Positions 1 through 13,100 of a stretch of DNA of 64,000 bases are shown here, piece by piece. The stretch is from Owenia fusiformis (taxonomy: Eukaryota): NCBI GenBank assembly GCA_903813345.2, contig CAIIXF020000001.1, forward strand, positions 10,664,001 through 10,728,000, read 5' to 3'. Position 1 is the first letter of the stretch, and every line of letters begins with the position of its first letter. Position numbers and translations under genes: made by a program. The notes below the pieces were generated by a model. It was not told the origin of the DNA, made no database searches, and worked only from the letters and a program-made list of their open reading frames with translations.

Positions 1-957
1 ATAGCGTGCCAAGCTTATAGTATTCACATACCAAATATGAACAAAATCACTCCACTAGTTTTCGAGATATACTAAAAAACGTTAAAATGGGGGCCATTTT
101 TCAAAATGGCTGCCTTCTACCAAAAGTGTCATAGACAGTGTGCCATGCTTATAGCATTCACATACGAAATATAAACAAAATCATTCCACTACTTTTCAAG
201 TTACAGCAAAAATCATAAAATAGCGTGTTAAGGCCACCATTTTTCAAGATGGCTGCCATGTGTTTCTTTGATATCTACATTTCTAGCTTTATTAAGGTCC
301 TATATAATTTCTTCCATTTAAAACATATTCACTGGTACTTACGCTGACGATACGTCAGCGTAACAAGATGGAAGAACTTCCGGGCTTTGTTTTCGGTAAG
401 ATATTTTTATTTCTCGATTCTACACCACATATAAGTCAAATTGTGGACAATAATTTGGCTTATATATACAAAACATAGAACTGCCTGCATATTCTCAAAC
501 TAGACCATCTTCCTTATCTTTGAGCCAAATTATTGTCCACAAGTTGACTTATAAGTGGTGTAGAATCAAGAAATAAAAATATCTTACTGAAAACGAAGCC
601 CGGAAGTTCTTCCATCTTGTTACGCTGACATGTTGTCAGCATAACTAGGTGAGTACCAGTGATATTACTATTACAGTTTTACATATTGTACCTAAATTAT
701 TGTAAAATCGGCACTAAAATGACAGCCATTTTTGAATAAGTGGCCATTTTGAAAATTGGCTTTCGAGCAGAACTTCTACCTCCATAGGGTATATGTGTAC
801 AAAATATGAACAAAATCGGGCCAATGGTGTTTGAGTTATTGCCCGGATGGACTGATGTATGGAAGGACGTATGTCCATATGGACGGACGGACGGATGGAT
901 GGATGGACGGATAGAGGCGTTTTCTATATCCCTCCCAACTTCATTTAATGGGATAAC
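1..957. mobile_element. Helentron-type non-autonomous element (pearl/HINE-like), truncated by window start
   Basis: Tandem core units, (GGAC/GGAT)n microsatellite; near-colinear with 31713-32606. Confidence 0.7.
330..661. mobile_element. Hairpin MITE, CAC..GTG ends, 5-bp TSD ATATT (Transib-like)
   Basis: Near-palindromic; ATATT on both sides; empty site present in the paralogous copy near 32330. Confidence 0.85.
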
Positions 958-992
958 AATTAAATCTTATTTATGAAGTTAGAATAGCTTAC

Positions 993-1128
993 AACATCAG
1001 TGATGATCTCTGGTCTATGGTTCCTCATATGCTTCACTGTCTGGAAGATGTCTATTTCCTGTTCTATCTTCATCTTTTCTCTTATACAGTTCAATGCTGC
1101 ATAGACACCACTGAACTGGGACCCATTC
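993..1128 (-). CDS. RPTP exon 32, D2 degenerate active site
   Basis: VNGSQFSG...[11 protein letters not shown]; 136 nt. Confidence 0.93.
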
Positions 1129-4100
1129 CTGCAATTAAAGTGCAACATAAACTATATTTCAATGCCATTTGTTCTTCGCGATCTAAGAATCTCTTTTTGA
1201 TTGCTCTGGGTCTAAGTGCATGCAAATGAAGCCATATTTCACAGCAATCAATAGTATAATTGCATTTAAAATACATACTAGTATTCCCCTGGTGATCCCT
1301 CATCTGTTAGTTCATCCAGTATAATCAATCTGATATTCTATTGTTCAAATTCATCCAGTGTAATCCACTACATATTCCCTGTTTTTTTATTTTTTAGTAA
1401 ACATATTTTTTATTTCTTGACAGTTCTCTAAAAAATAATCAATTATCCAAACGAAAACTTTGGAAAATATTCAGCAGAAGGCAAGCCTATGTTCAGAGCT
1501 GCATTGTTATGAAAGAATCCCATTGATTATTATGGGATACATAAAGGTCCCATCATATGCTACTTACACACAGTGAATAACTATGGGTCCATTCTGGGTC
1601 TTCTGCTGCCACTTCTCAACATCATCAAACAAGCCAAGGAGAGACATGTTGGATGTTGGGAGGCTTTTGTCATTGGGCCAGCACTGAAAGTCAAACTGTT
1701 TGATGTCCCTGGGCTCTTCGTCAACCTGGAGGACAATAAAATATCATAAAAATATTCTGTGTATGTTGATGGAGTGCAACATAACCATACAAACTGACAA
1801 AGGGTCCCATTGAGCCAGTTAGGTTACATCTGGGCCAGCTGATATTTCCAGTATAGGAAAATAACATGACAGCTGATTGAACGGACTTCAAAAACACTTT
1901 CCAAACAATCCATACATTTGATTTACATGCCCCATGTGAATACAACTATTATGAGTTTAATGTTTTAGCAGTTTGATATATGTGTATCTATACAACGAGT
2001 AACAAAAGAAAGTAAACCAAATACCATATATCTGTTATGCAAATCGGTAATAGCATCCAAGAAGCCATGAATGTCACTAAACATTTTGAACAATTTGCGT
2101 TTGATTTTTTCAACATTATATCTTTACCCCTCTTGCTGATTAAACACCTTTAAGCAAAACGTTTTGAGAACTGGAGGTCCTTATAAGTTCCTTGTATCTT
2201 ACTCTCTGCTACCCTTTGCATTCGTTAGATTTCTCTGCTACTCTTTGCATTCGTTAGATTTCACTTCTTAAAAGAGAGCTTCGTCTTCACTCTTTCAGTT
2301 TACAATAAATCTCTGATCTCACCGAGCCAATCAGAGTCCATCGTTAAAATATGGATGACTTTCAATATGGTTATTTCCTCTGACACCATGGCATAGTTAA
2401 TGGGGACGTATTTAACATGTGTTTCTTCTACTTCGCTGATTGGTTGAGAAAGGGTTGGCTTGGTAGATTTGAAATGATTTATTACCCGAGCTGTCACAGG
2501 CACCAATCTTTGGGGCAGGGCTGCTAAACTGTAATATAGTCTATACTAGGCAGAGGGTAGTTTGTAACTAGACTCTGCATGCAGGGTAACTTTCTGCTCA
2601 TTAGCATGGTGAAACATCTTCTCCTTTTATTTCTTAGACCACTTTTTGAGAAGTGGGATCTGATACATTATCTCATTCATTATCTTTGGACAGCATTCCA
2701 CCATGGATACTTATTGAAAGAAAAAAATGTTACGTTAATGACCAAAGGACTTACTCTTTTACTGCAAGAAAGTTTGAATTGTCTCTCTGTCACATTAGCA
2801 TTAGTGGAGTCCTCATTCAACAACTTTACTTGGAAGATCTCGTAAGTCTGTTCATCATCTGGCCAGTACTTAGCACAGTTCTACAACGTGATCATGAACA
2901 CATTCAACATTTATTCTACAAAGGTCTTCTAACAAGCAGTGCAGTAAATGGTTCAAATATTCACATTTACATTTTGTGTAAAGTTTGCTATACAAGATTG
3001 CCACATGTGCAAGTGAATTATTAGCTGGAATTATAGATAGTTTGAGGTGTCTTAGAGAAGGTTTTACTGTATGTGAAAAATTGAAAAATGGCACCATTTG
3101 ATGGACACACATGGTCATTCCTTATGGCCATTATGGACACACATGGTCATTCATAATGGCCATTATGGACACACATGGTGATTCCTTATGGCCATTATGG
3201 ACACACATGGTCATTCCTTATGGCCATTATGGACACACATGGTGATTCCTTATGGCCATTATGGACACACATGGTGATTCCTTATGGCCATTATGGACAC
3301 ACATGGTGATTCCTTATGGCCATTATGGACACACATGGTGATTCCTTATGACCATTATGGACACACATGGTGATTCCTTATGGCCATTATGGACACACAT
3401 GGTGATTCCTTATGGCCATTATGGACACACATGGTGATTCCTTATGGCCATTATGAACACACATGGTGATTCCTTATGGCCATTATGGACACACATGGTG
3501 ATTCCTTATGGCCATTATGGACACACATGGTGATTCCTTATGGCCATTATGGACACACATGGCCATTCCTTATGGCCATTATGGACACACATGGTCATTC
3601 CTTATAGCCATTATGGACAGTTTGATCAGTATGGACCCCTAATATGAGCATTAGTTAAGAAAATATCCAGTGTTCATATGTTCAAATTTTGTTGATGAAC
3701 AGATGGACTGACAAATTGATGGATGGCAGGACGATAACAAAAGATCACCATGTGTGCCATCACCATGTGAGCAAATTGTAAGAAAATAGAAAAATGTTAT
3801 GATATTTCATTTCTTCAATATCTGGGAAAAATAGAAAAAGATTGATGGCGTGAGTAACATAAGTATTACACAAATGTGAATAAAAACATTATAAATGAGT
3901 TGATATCAAGTATATCTTCATTCAAAAGTGAAACTGAAGGCAAAGCTTTATTACTTGATAAGCCAGGCTTTTAAGCCAGTCCCATTTTAATCATCAATTT
4001 CATATTGTTAATCAATTAGGATTTGTTGTAGCTTGAGGCAGGGAGTCAGTGAATCAATCAGGATATAGCTTCATAAAATAATACTAGTACACTCCCCTTA

Positions 4101-7100
4101 GTGAACTTTCGTAGAAAGTGAACAATTTGATTTTTGCCATGAACGTTTCAGGTCTATTGATACAAATAATGATGTGGAAAAGAAAATAAAAATTGAGTCA
4201 CTGACCTTTAAAACATAGTTACTTTAAATGTCATGTTGACCTCACTACTAAGTATCACTTTCAAATTTAAATGAAACAGACATATATCTGATTTCTGGGT
4301 TCTTATTTACATTTATTGGTCTAATCATCTAGCTATACCAAAGAAGCAGAAATATGGTAACTTTAACAAGAAAAACATTAACAAATGAAACGTGCCTGGA
4401 GAAAATCATATAAATGATTTTGAAACAATTTATCACCATAACTTATTGAGTCTCAACATCTTCTTTTGTTCTCCTATTTCTAACCATGATATGATGCTTT
4501 GGTGTCAAGAATTCCCATGCCTTACAGGAGGTGTAACTTACTGTGTGGTTGATAGTGGGTGCAGGGGTTAGGTTAGAAGAAGGGGGGTCAGGTGTGTCAA
4601 TTGAGAAATCTTCATTCTCAGTGAGAACCTCCTATATGACATAAACAAAAAACATTTATAGATGGCATGCAAGTGTAGCAAAACAAACAACAACACTAAG
4701 ATGTCATGCGAGTATAACAGGAAGAGGAGGGAAACACGAAGAGGAGGTAAAACCCCAGAGTTCAGAGATGACTCAGAATTACCTCTCTTGCTTACCAAAT
4801 TCATTTGTCCGAATTTCCATCGATGTGGTTGTTTAACTCAAATTAAACATATTCCTTACATCTGTCTTTATCTTGACTTGCAATTTTGGTAAACACGTCA
4901 AAACTAACATAATAATACTTGAATTCAAAAATCTGTTTTCATAACTTCCTGTCAATTGACTGCTCAATGGGTCATCTCTATATAGCTTTTCATTGAAAAT
5001 ATGGCTCTTCTCTGAACCCTGGGGTCTTTCCCTCTTTATAGCATGCAAGGATAGCTTCATACATGTACTATGGGTAGATTGGACACAAACTGCAGTGTAT
5101 CTAGATTTTACTTAGTATTCATAGGGAAATCAACAACACAAATATTTATGTGATTTACTCTAAAATAAAACTATTTGAGCAGTAACACGGAAAGCACTGT
5201 TTAAATGACTTAAAAAGCATTAAAATGAAACCGATCTCACTGGCGGATCCAGATGCTAACAATTGGGGGGCCCAAATTTCAAATTTTGCACTTGTGCAGG
5301 AAAATTAAATCCAAAAATTGGACCCAAATTTTGAACATTTAATACCCATTTATTGATGATTTGGCCTAAAAAAGCCCATAAAGGCCAAGTAATACCCCTG
5401 AATGGCCCATTAATTGAGGCCCTACAAATTTTTCTGGGCCCACCCAAGGAGGGGAGAAGGCGCCCCCCCCCCCCCTCCCCCCTAGATCTGCCTGTGGATC
5501 TCGTTGTTCCAGAGACTGTTTCAAGACTAACTAAAATCATTTCAAATAAGTCAATTTTAAGACATTTTGTCTAAGATAATCAATAGGTGGTGTTTGAGTT
5601 TACGCATTGTGCTAAATATCAAAGAGACATTCTAAAGGAAGCATACAAAGACAATACTGCCTAAGAAGAACATAATGTATGTAACTATATTCTCTATTTA
5701 ACTTACTACATGGTTTATGTATGCATTATCTGGTGGACTGTCTACCATGAGTTCAGAGCTAGACTCATCAAGGTTCTCCTATAGCAGGATAGTATACATT
5801 GGTTAGGTAGAAAATAGAAATGCTAGGTTTGTATTACATGTACATGTTGCAGGTGCTACGTATACATGCATATAAGTGGTCAATAAAGGGTTTATTGCTA
5901 CTTTAAGTCATGCCTTTCATTTCAAAATGATTCAATAATATGATGCACTTATTCTGCCCAGCCCTTTACCAACTTGAAGACGTTTTTTTTTTTATCAAAA
6001 GTTTAATTCAATGGAGGTATCATCCCTGTTTGAAATCGGTGTTCATTTAAGACAGTCTATGGCATGGGCCATTTTCCACCGCTGTATGGGTCAGTTGTAA
6101 AATGGCCCGACCTAGTAACCTACATGCATATTTCTCTGTAATTAATCAAAATTAAGGATTAAAGATGGCATGATACTCTAGCTCATTTGAATATCTACAC
6201 ACCAGTGTCAGTCTCTTTTTTGACGTTCACATCAATATGGAGCAATAGCAATGTGAAGAATTTGGGAAGTTTTCTTAATTATCTCAATTTCTCATGAACC
6301 ATTTTTTTTAAAAATAGGATCATAACGTAATTTAATATCTTGGCATCAAGTTTATTTGATTCATTTGAGTGACCAAAAAGCTTAAAGGGTAAAAAATCAA
6401 AGTGATCACGGCCTTGTGATTTCCAATATTTGATAAAACATTTTTTCACCCAGACTAGGTCATGACCTACTGGGCCATAATCCAACCCCATTAAAGATTG
6501 ATATGTACAAATTACTTAATCAAGTGCCATTAATCTGCTAGTATAGTGTCTTTGTGGTACAGAAGATGTTAGCATATAATATTGAGCAGTTCACATACTT
6601 TGTAATATTAAAATTGTTGAAATAAGACTAAAAGATTTGCAGTTCTGATATGTCAGTTCACAAGTTCTAGTTAAACAAGGGGGGGGGGGGGTATAGCATT
6701 CTACTACAAGAGTACAATGTGACACAGTTTACAAGATCTATAGAACGATATTAACTATTTTTAACCTCACACCTTTCCTACTATTTTTCCATCTGATAAA
6801 AGTGCTTTGGCATTTAATCATTTTTATGCTGAATTTAATTGTGATAAGACAATATGTGTGAAATTGAATAAAGCAGTAAATACGAATTATTACGTTTTGA
6901 CATATTTCATATGTAGAAACTGCTATGTACATGTACAGGGTGTCCCGAAAGTATGCCCCCCCCCCCTAGGCAGACATATTCCAGTGCCCTCATAGTATGT
7001 GTCATATATCATTTTAAAGCTTATCCAAAGTTACATTGATTTGCCAAGTATCATGGTTTAACTCCCGAATGGGAAAAAGTTACAGTCATTTTAAAAGTAA

Positions 7101-10100
7101 GTGTTTTGTCAAAATAAAGTTCAATTTTATACCACATTACTAGTCAATGTGCCCCCCTTGGCCATGTTAACAGCAGCGATTATTTTCAGATATGACCTTA
7201 AAAGCCCTTCAAATAGGGGTGTGGGATTTTATAACCCTCTTAAAACCTGTTAAGGGACTTTAGAAGAGTTTCCTTAGAGTTTCTACCCTCACCATTCTCT
7301 TTTTCAAACTCAATATCCCTCCGACCCGAAAAGAATTGCTGCTGTTAAGATGGCCCATGAGGACACATTGACTAGTGATTTGGTGTAAATTTGAACTTAA
7401 TTTTGACCAAACACTAAATTTTCAAATGCCTGTAATTTTTTCACATTTGAGAGTTGAACCATGATACTTGGCGAATCAATGTAACTTTGGATAAGCTTTC
7501 AAATGATATATAACACATACTATGACGACACTGGTATATGTCTGCCTAGGGGGGGGCCATACTTTCGGGACACCCTGTCTATCATTTTTATCTCTCTATT
7601 ATTCATTTACAATTGACTTGTTTCTTTTACCATTATTCAATGTGATTTTATTTCAAAAATAACGTTGTCTAATAATAATAATATGTTGTCTTCTGATAGC
7701 TTGTATTCTATATAGCTTCGTTTTTCTAAAAATAATTATACTTGTACATACAGAATGCATAGTTCATTTACTCAATGGACTTTTATATTGAAGGTGTTGA
7801 AATTCAACATCATAATATATTAGTAAACATAAGCCGAGTATGTGCTAAAACAATAGTCACTAAAACTAAAATAGAAAGATTTTTTAATGGATCTATTTGT
7901 GTTATACACTGTACGATCAACATAACAGATAATAATCAACTTATCCATTCTCATTTACTTTGCACAAGTCATCGGTGATGAGCAAGAAAAGGCTGCAAAC
8001 AATCATATTCAACAAGAAATACAGATTTGTTTGACTTCCAACCCCATCACAATGGTAAATGCACTATATGTATACTTCAAAAAGAAAGGCAATGTACAAA
8101 TGTTTAGATTCCATAGAACTAAAAACCCCGATAGATGCTTATTTGTTGCCTCAATATAATCACAAAAACAGAGATAAACAGATTTATAGAATAATATTTG
8201 CAAGAAATGACTTGTTAACAGTGATAAGATGAAAATATGTACACATTATCAGAAGAAATGGAATTATTTCCAAGTGAATCTCTATTAAATTCAATGAATG
8301 ACATTTCTATTATATCATACTGCAAAGGAGATTGTCATTAGAGAGATTTCGTACATCGTGAAAGTACAACTAATAACATATACTTATACTTATAAGTAAA
8401 CGTACTGTAAGGTGTTTCATAATGTGGGCTTTTCGTCAGGAAAGATCTTCTCGGACTGTAATAAATAAAGGTCAAAGGGATGCCATTTGTACTTTCTTGA
8501 ATTGTAGCATGTTTAGTTGATCCAAATATGTTTGTCTAGGATAAAATAGGCTCATATATAGTACATAATGTTATAGACCCATCTCTTCTCAAATTGACTT
8601 TTTGGAGATGCTCGTTATGAAACACCCTGTATGTCATTTGTTGAGCTACTGAATGGGTCGTTTCCAGGAATCGCTAGAACCTACTGGTTTGATTGGTGTT
8701 TCAAATTGATGGTTAAGGTATTTGATTGGATATTGTTCCTATTCAGTCAATTAATCCAACTGTATACGTTATCATCTACGTATTTATACCGTTTGTAAGT
8801 TCATTGAACTTATACTGATCATGAAAACTTTGAAATAATCAGCTTGTTTATGTAATGACTCACTTTAAAGGATAATGACTCACTTTAAAGGATCGTGTTT
8901 ATAATACACTATAACTACTATGACACGGAAGCAAGCATTTAATTATAATGTGCATAATCTACACGTGCAGATGACAGTGCATTCACAGTCTCTAGTTGAT
9001 GGAGCTTTTCTATATCGGGAATAGTTATGTTCCATTAAGTACAATTTAAAATTGATTTTAGTAAATATAATAGTTCGACAAGATCCTTTAAGTTATACAT
9101 ATACGTATAAGTTGTACTTTCACTTATGTGCGAAATCTCTACTCTATTCTGCCCCTAAAATGGTTATAATTTTGGAAAGATTGTTGTTAATGACAATTTA
9201 TTGGCTCTTTGTTATTTTTGACAAATATGGAAAAAGTGCAGATATTCTGGGATTAGTAAGAGAAAAACGCTTGAAAGTTGCGTGTAGGTGGGCATGTAGG
9301 TTCCTTGGGATTTCTTCCATAACAAAGGCATGACAACAATACATATGCATACATATTGTTAAATCTATCCTTTGGGTCTGGGATGACCTTCGTTTTTATA
9401 TGAGGAAGGCCCTTCATTTAAAATATTGATACCCAAGATAGATGATACTTCCAAAATTTTGTATGAATATACAACTATTGCAATTTTACTGTATAACTAG
9501 ATTCAACAATATTGAAATATTCATGTACTAGGAGTAATCTACACTCAATTTGTATAATCGTGTTTTGTTTAATTGAGTGAATCAGGTCGGGCCATTTTAC
9601 AATTTTAGTTAAGGTCATGGAATTAGGTCATTTGGGCCTTTTCTCCCATGGAAGCTATGACCTAATATGAGGTGGAAAATGGCCCATGCCATAGACTGTT
9701 AAGATAAGATATACAAGTATCCATAACGTCTCTTTACACATAACACTAATTTGTATTGTAATTGTAATAAAAATACTTTATGGACACCCTATATATTCAA
9801 GCATTCAAGTAAATGTGGTAAAATGCTATAATTTATTTATAATAATGAAGTTTTTTGGTAATTCCTTTATTCATGAAAGCATGACTTGTGTGAGATCTTA
9901 TTCTCAATATTACTACTAGATTTTAGAATAAACTATATTCCTCACATTAGTAAATTTAAAAATAGGTAAATGGATATAATATAATATACCATTAAGAAAA
10001 GAAAGAAATAAGTACATAATATTATATTAATATTATGCCATACATTATGTAGTGTTAAGTACATACATGCAATAATACATTCATTAACCAAGTTAATTCA

Positions 10101-13100
10101 TACATAATGCATTATTATACCACTTAATCTATATATTCTATATATATACCAGTGCATCTTATAGTATAACCTTATTGTGTTATCTAGATTAAATATTATT
10201 CCAATGTAACAGCAAGGGAAAAGGGTTTTTTGATCAGGAAAAACTTCAATTGATCAGGAAACCTTTCAGCACTCTCCCCATTATATTCTTGGGTGCAAAA
10301 TTGTTTTACATATTTTGATTAGGACATGTACAAACTGCTCAAAATAACCAATGCTTACCAAAATCTTAATAACAAAATGCAAATGTCAAAGGTGAAGTTG
10401 TATCAAAACTGGGAAGATTGCTATCCCCTGTAGCAGAACAGTTGTCATGCCAATAGAATATCGGGTGTACCAAAAATGAGACACTTTTTGCCAAGTAATT
10501 TCTCGGCAACTGATGAACCAAATTTTGGGAAAATTTGTACAAAGGAGCCCAGGAGTATCGGTAGCAAGGTACAGAAACATGACAAAGATCAGATAAATGT
10601 TGTGTGAGTACTAAGAAATGCAAGATAGCATGTCAAAATGTCCCATACCGGAGCAATACTATGAAAATTTTCATCGCACCAGAAAATGGGAAGGAATTTG
10701 ACAAGTGATTTCCCAGCAATAGATGAGCCAAATTATTTGAAAACTTTACTTGACGCACTTTGGGGTATCTTCTGCTTGTGCTATGAATATGTAAAATATT
10801 GGCTTCATACTATGTGTGTATTGTTGAATTAAAAACAGTATGTAAAAATAATCAATATCGATGTAAATCTCACTTATTAATCCTTTTCATGCAAAATACC
10901 TTTCCGTATTTATTCTAACAATATCACCTCCAATGAATTTTGAGAATGAATGGATTTTGGATATTTGGGAAGAATGAAATATATTGAGTAGACATGACAC
11001 ACAGACAAGCTATTTTGACTTATTTACAAATGCTATCACCAGTGATAGCATTTGTAAATCATCACAGTTTGATAGCTGGTACAAACACTATAGAGGTCTC
11101 ATCGCAGAGTTCCAATATGGGGATTTTTGACATGCTATTTTGAATCTCTTATTACTCGCAGAATATTTACTTGATCTTTTTATATTTGTACAACTTGCTA
11201 ATGATACTCTCAGGCTAATTTGAACAAATTGTCGGTGAATTTGGTTAATTAGTTGCCGAGAAAATACCTGGCAAAAAGTGTCTCATTTTTTGGGACACCC
11301 GATACATACAATAACTGTGTAACCATTGGTATAATATACAAATACAGCAAGTAGATCTACATACCTCTGAGTCATATGTGAGTTCATTCAGCATGACTAT
11401 ACTGTGTACATGGTGATCATGTATGAGTCTCCAGAAGTCTGTCACTGTGTGAGGCATGGGATGTTGGGTTATAATGTAGGCATTCTTTTGTTTGTAGCCC
11501 TGGAATGATGAATAGAACATGTAACTATGGCTAGGAGCTTGATTTGAAACAGGTATTATAAGAGCAAACGTTGTTGCATTCAGTACTTGATATACATAAT
11601 AGGGTCATAAATAAGTTTTGCAGATGATTGACTACCTCAGAAAATAGATTTGAGACTCATTAAATGCAAGTTAATATTATGCTTCATATGAATAAATGAA
11701 AGTTAGCATATTTTATTTACTTACATCTAAGTATACAGCATTGATGTAGTCTGTTCCACCATCCACCATTGTGATTAGGTAAGGCCGGTATAAGTTAGCT
11801 GAAATAGCATGCAATTCATAATTTCATATTCAACCATAGTTAAATACATGGACTCTCAACCAATCATATTGCTCAGTTACTGTTCATTATTATAGAACAA
11901 TAAATGCTTATTGGTAAATAACGATGTATTTTAAACTTTTCAAAACTGTGACATTACAATTGCTGATTTGCATTTAGTAAACTCACAAATTGGTACTCTT
12001 AAAAAGTGATTCTTGTTCTTTTTAGTGAACATTAAATGGCTAAAATGTTCAAGCATACAGTACTAAATGGAAGTGATCCTGCATTGAAGATAGTCCATCA
12101 ATTACATACCTGGTAACACAGACATGTCTCTGTTCTTCTCTTTGTTCCTGGGTTCTGTAGCATTGCTGATCTTCTCGGGTTCAACCTCAGTTCTCATCTG
12201 GTTTAAAATCTGAAAAATGAAAAGGAGAGTCAAATATTATAATAAAGATACCTCAATTACCCATATTATAATAAAATTAAACAAGGCATAAACATGCAAA
12301 ATGTCACCACCTGCCATTTGTTTACAGACACCGAACACAGTCCAAAAAACCTTGAAGAGTATAACAATATGCCATCACTTGTGTTGTTGACATGATGGAA
12401 CGCAAGTGTGACAAGTGGGAATTTGAAAAATAGGATTAATTTAGGTATTCACCCAATGCTGATTATTCTAGAGACATTCATTTTACCAAAGCAACTCAAT
12501 TTTGCCATAGCAACATCTATTTTACCAAAGCTATTTCATTTAAGTGGGTAAAGAGGGTGGCTCCATACAAGGTCAATGTATACCCAAAACCACAATAAAA
12601 ATCAATTTCACTTCTGAGAGTACATGTATATATGTCCTCTCTATGAAACAGAAATCCATTAATACCTCATACTGGCGCTGTAACTGAGACTTCCCTGTGG
12701 TGGCATCTATTTCACACAGTTGTTGATAAGTCTCCTGGAATTCTGAACATGGAATGTTTGTCTCCCCACAGATCAATGCCTCAACCAATGCATCATGCAC
12801 AAATATATATTGCTCCTAAAATATAAACAGTAAAATAAACATGTTACACAATATCTGAACACCTCTCAATCTTTCTTTTCAACTTTCAGCCTCTTATTGA
12901 TTCAAATGTCAAACTTCTATATCTGAGCACTTTTCTTTTCTGAACACTTTTTATTTCAATTTTTCATTATTTTTACTTATATTATTTTCAAACTCACCAA
13001 TGTCTGCACCATCTTTACTCTGTCAGCTCTCATATTTAGGACTGTGTCATATACATTAACGATCCCTGTCCTCTTAGCTGTGTGAATACACTTGTCTACA

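Noticed and set aside
2203-2261. ~29-bp tandem duplication ending at a donor-like site
   Set aside because: Stops in all frames; local duplication only
3101-3619. CRISPR-like 32-bp periodicity
   Set aside because: No unique spacers, eukaryotic intron; plain minisatellite
10359-10427. 69-nt AG..GTAAGC segment in the D2 intron
   Set aside because: Stops in all three frames
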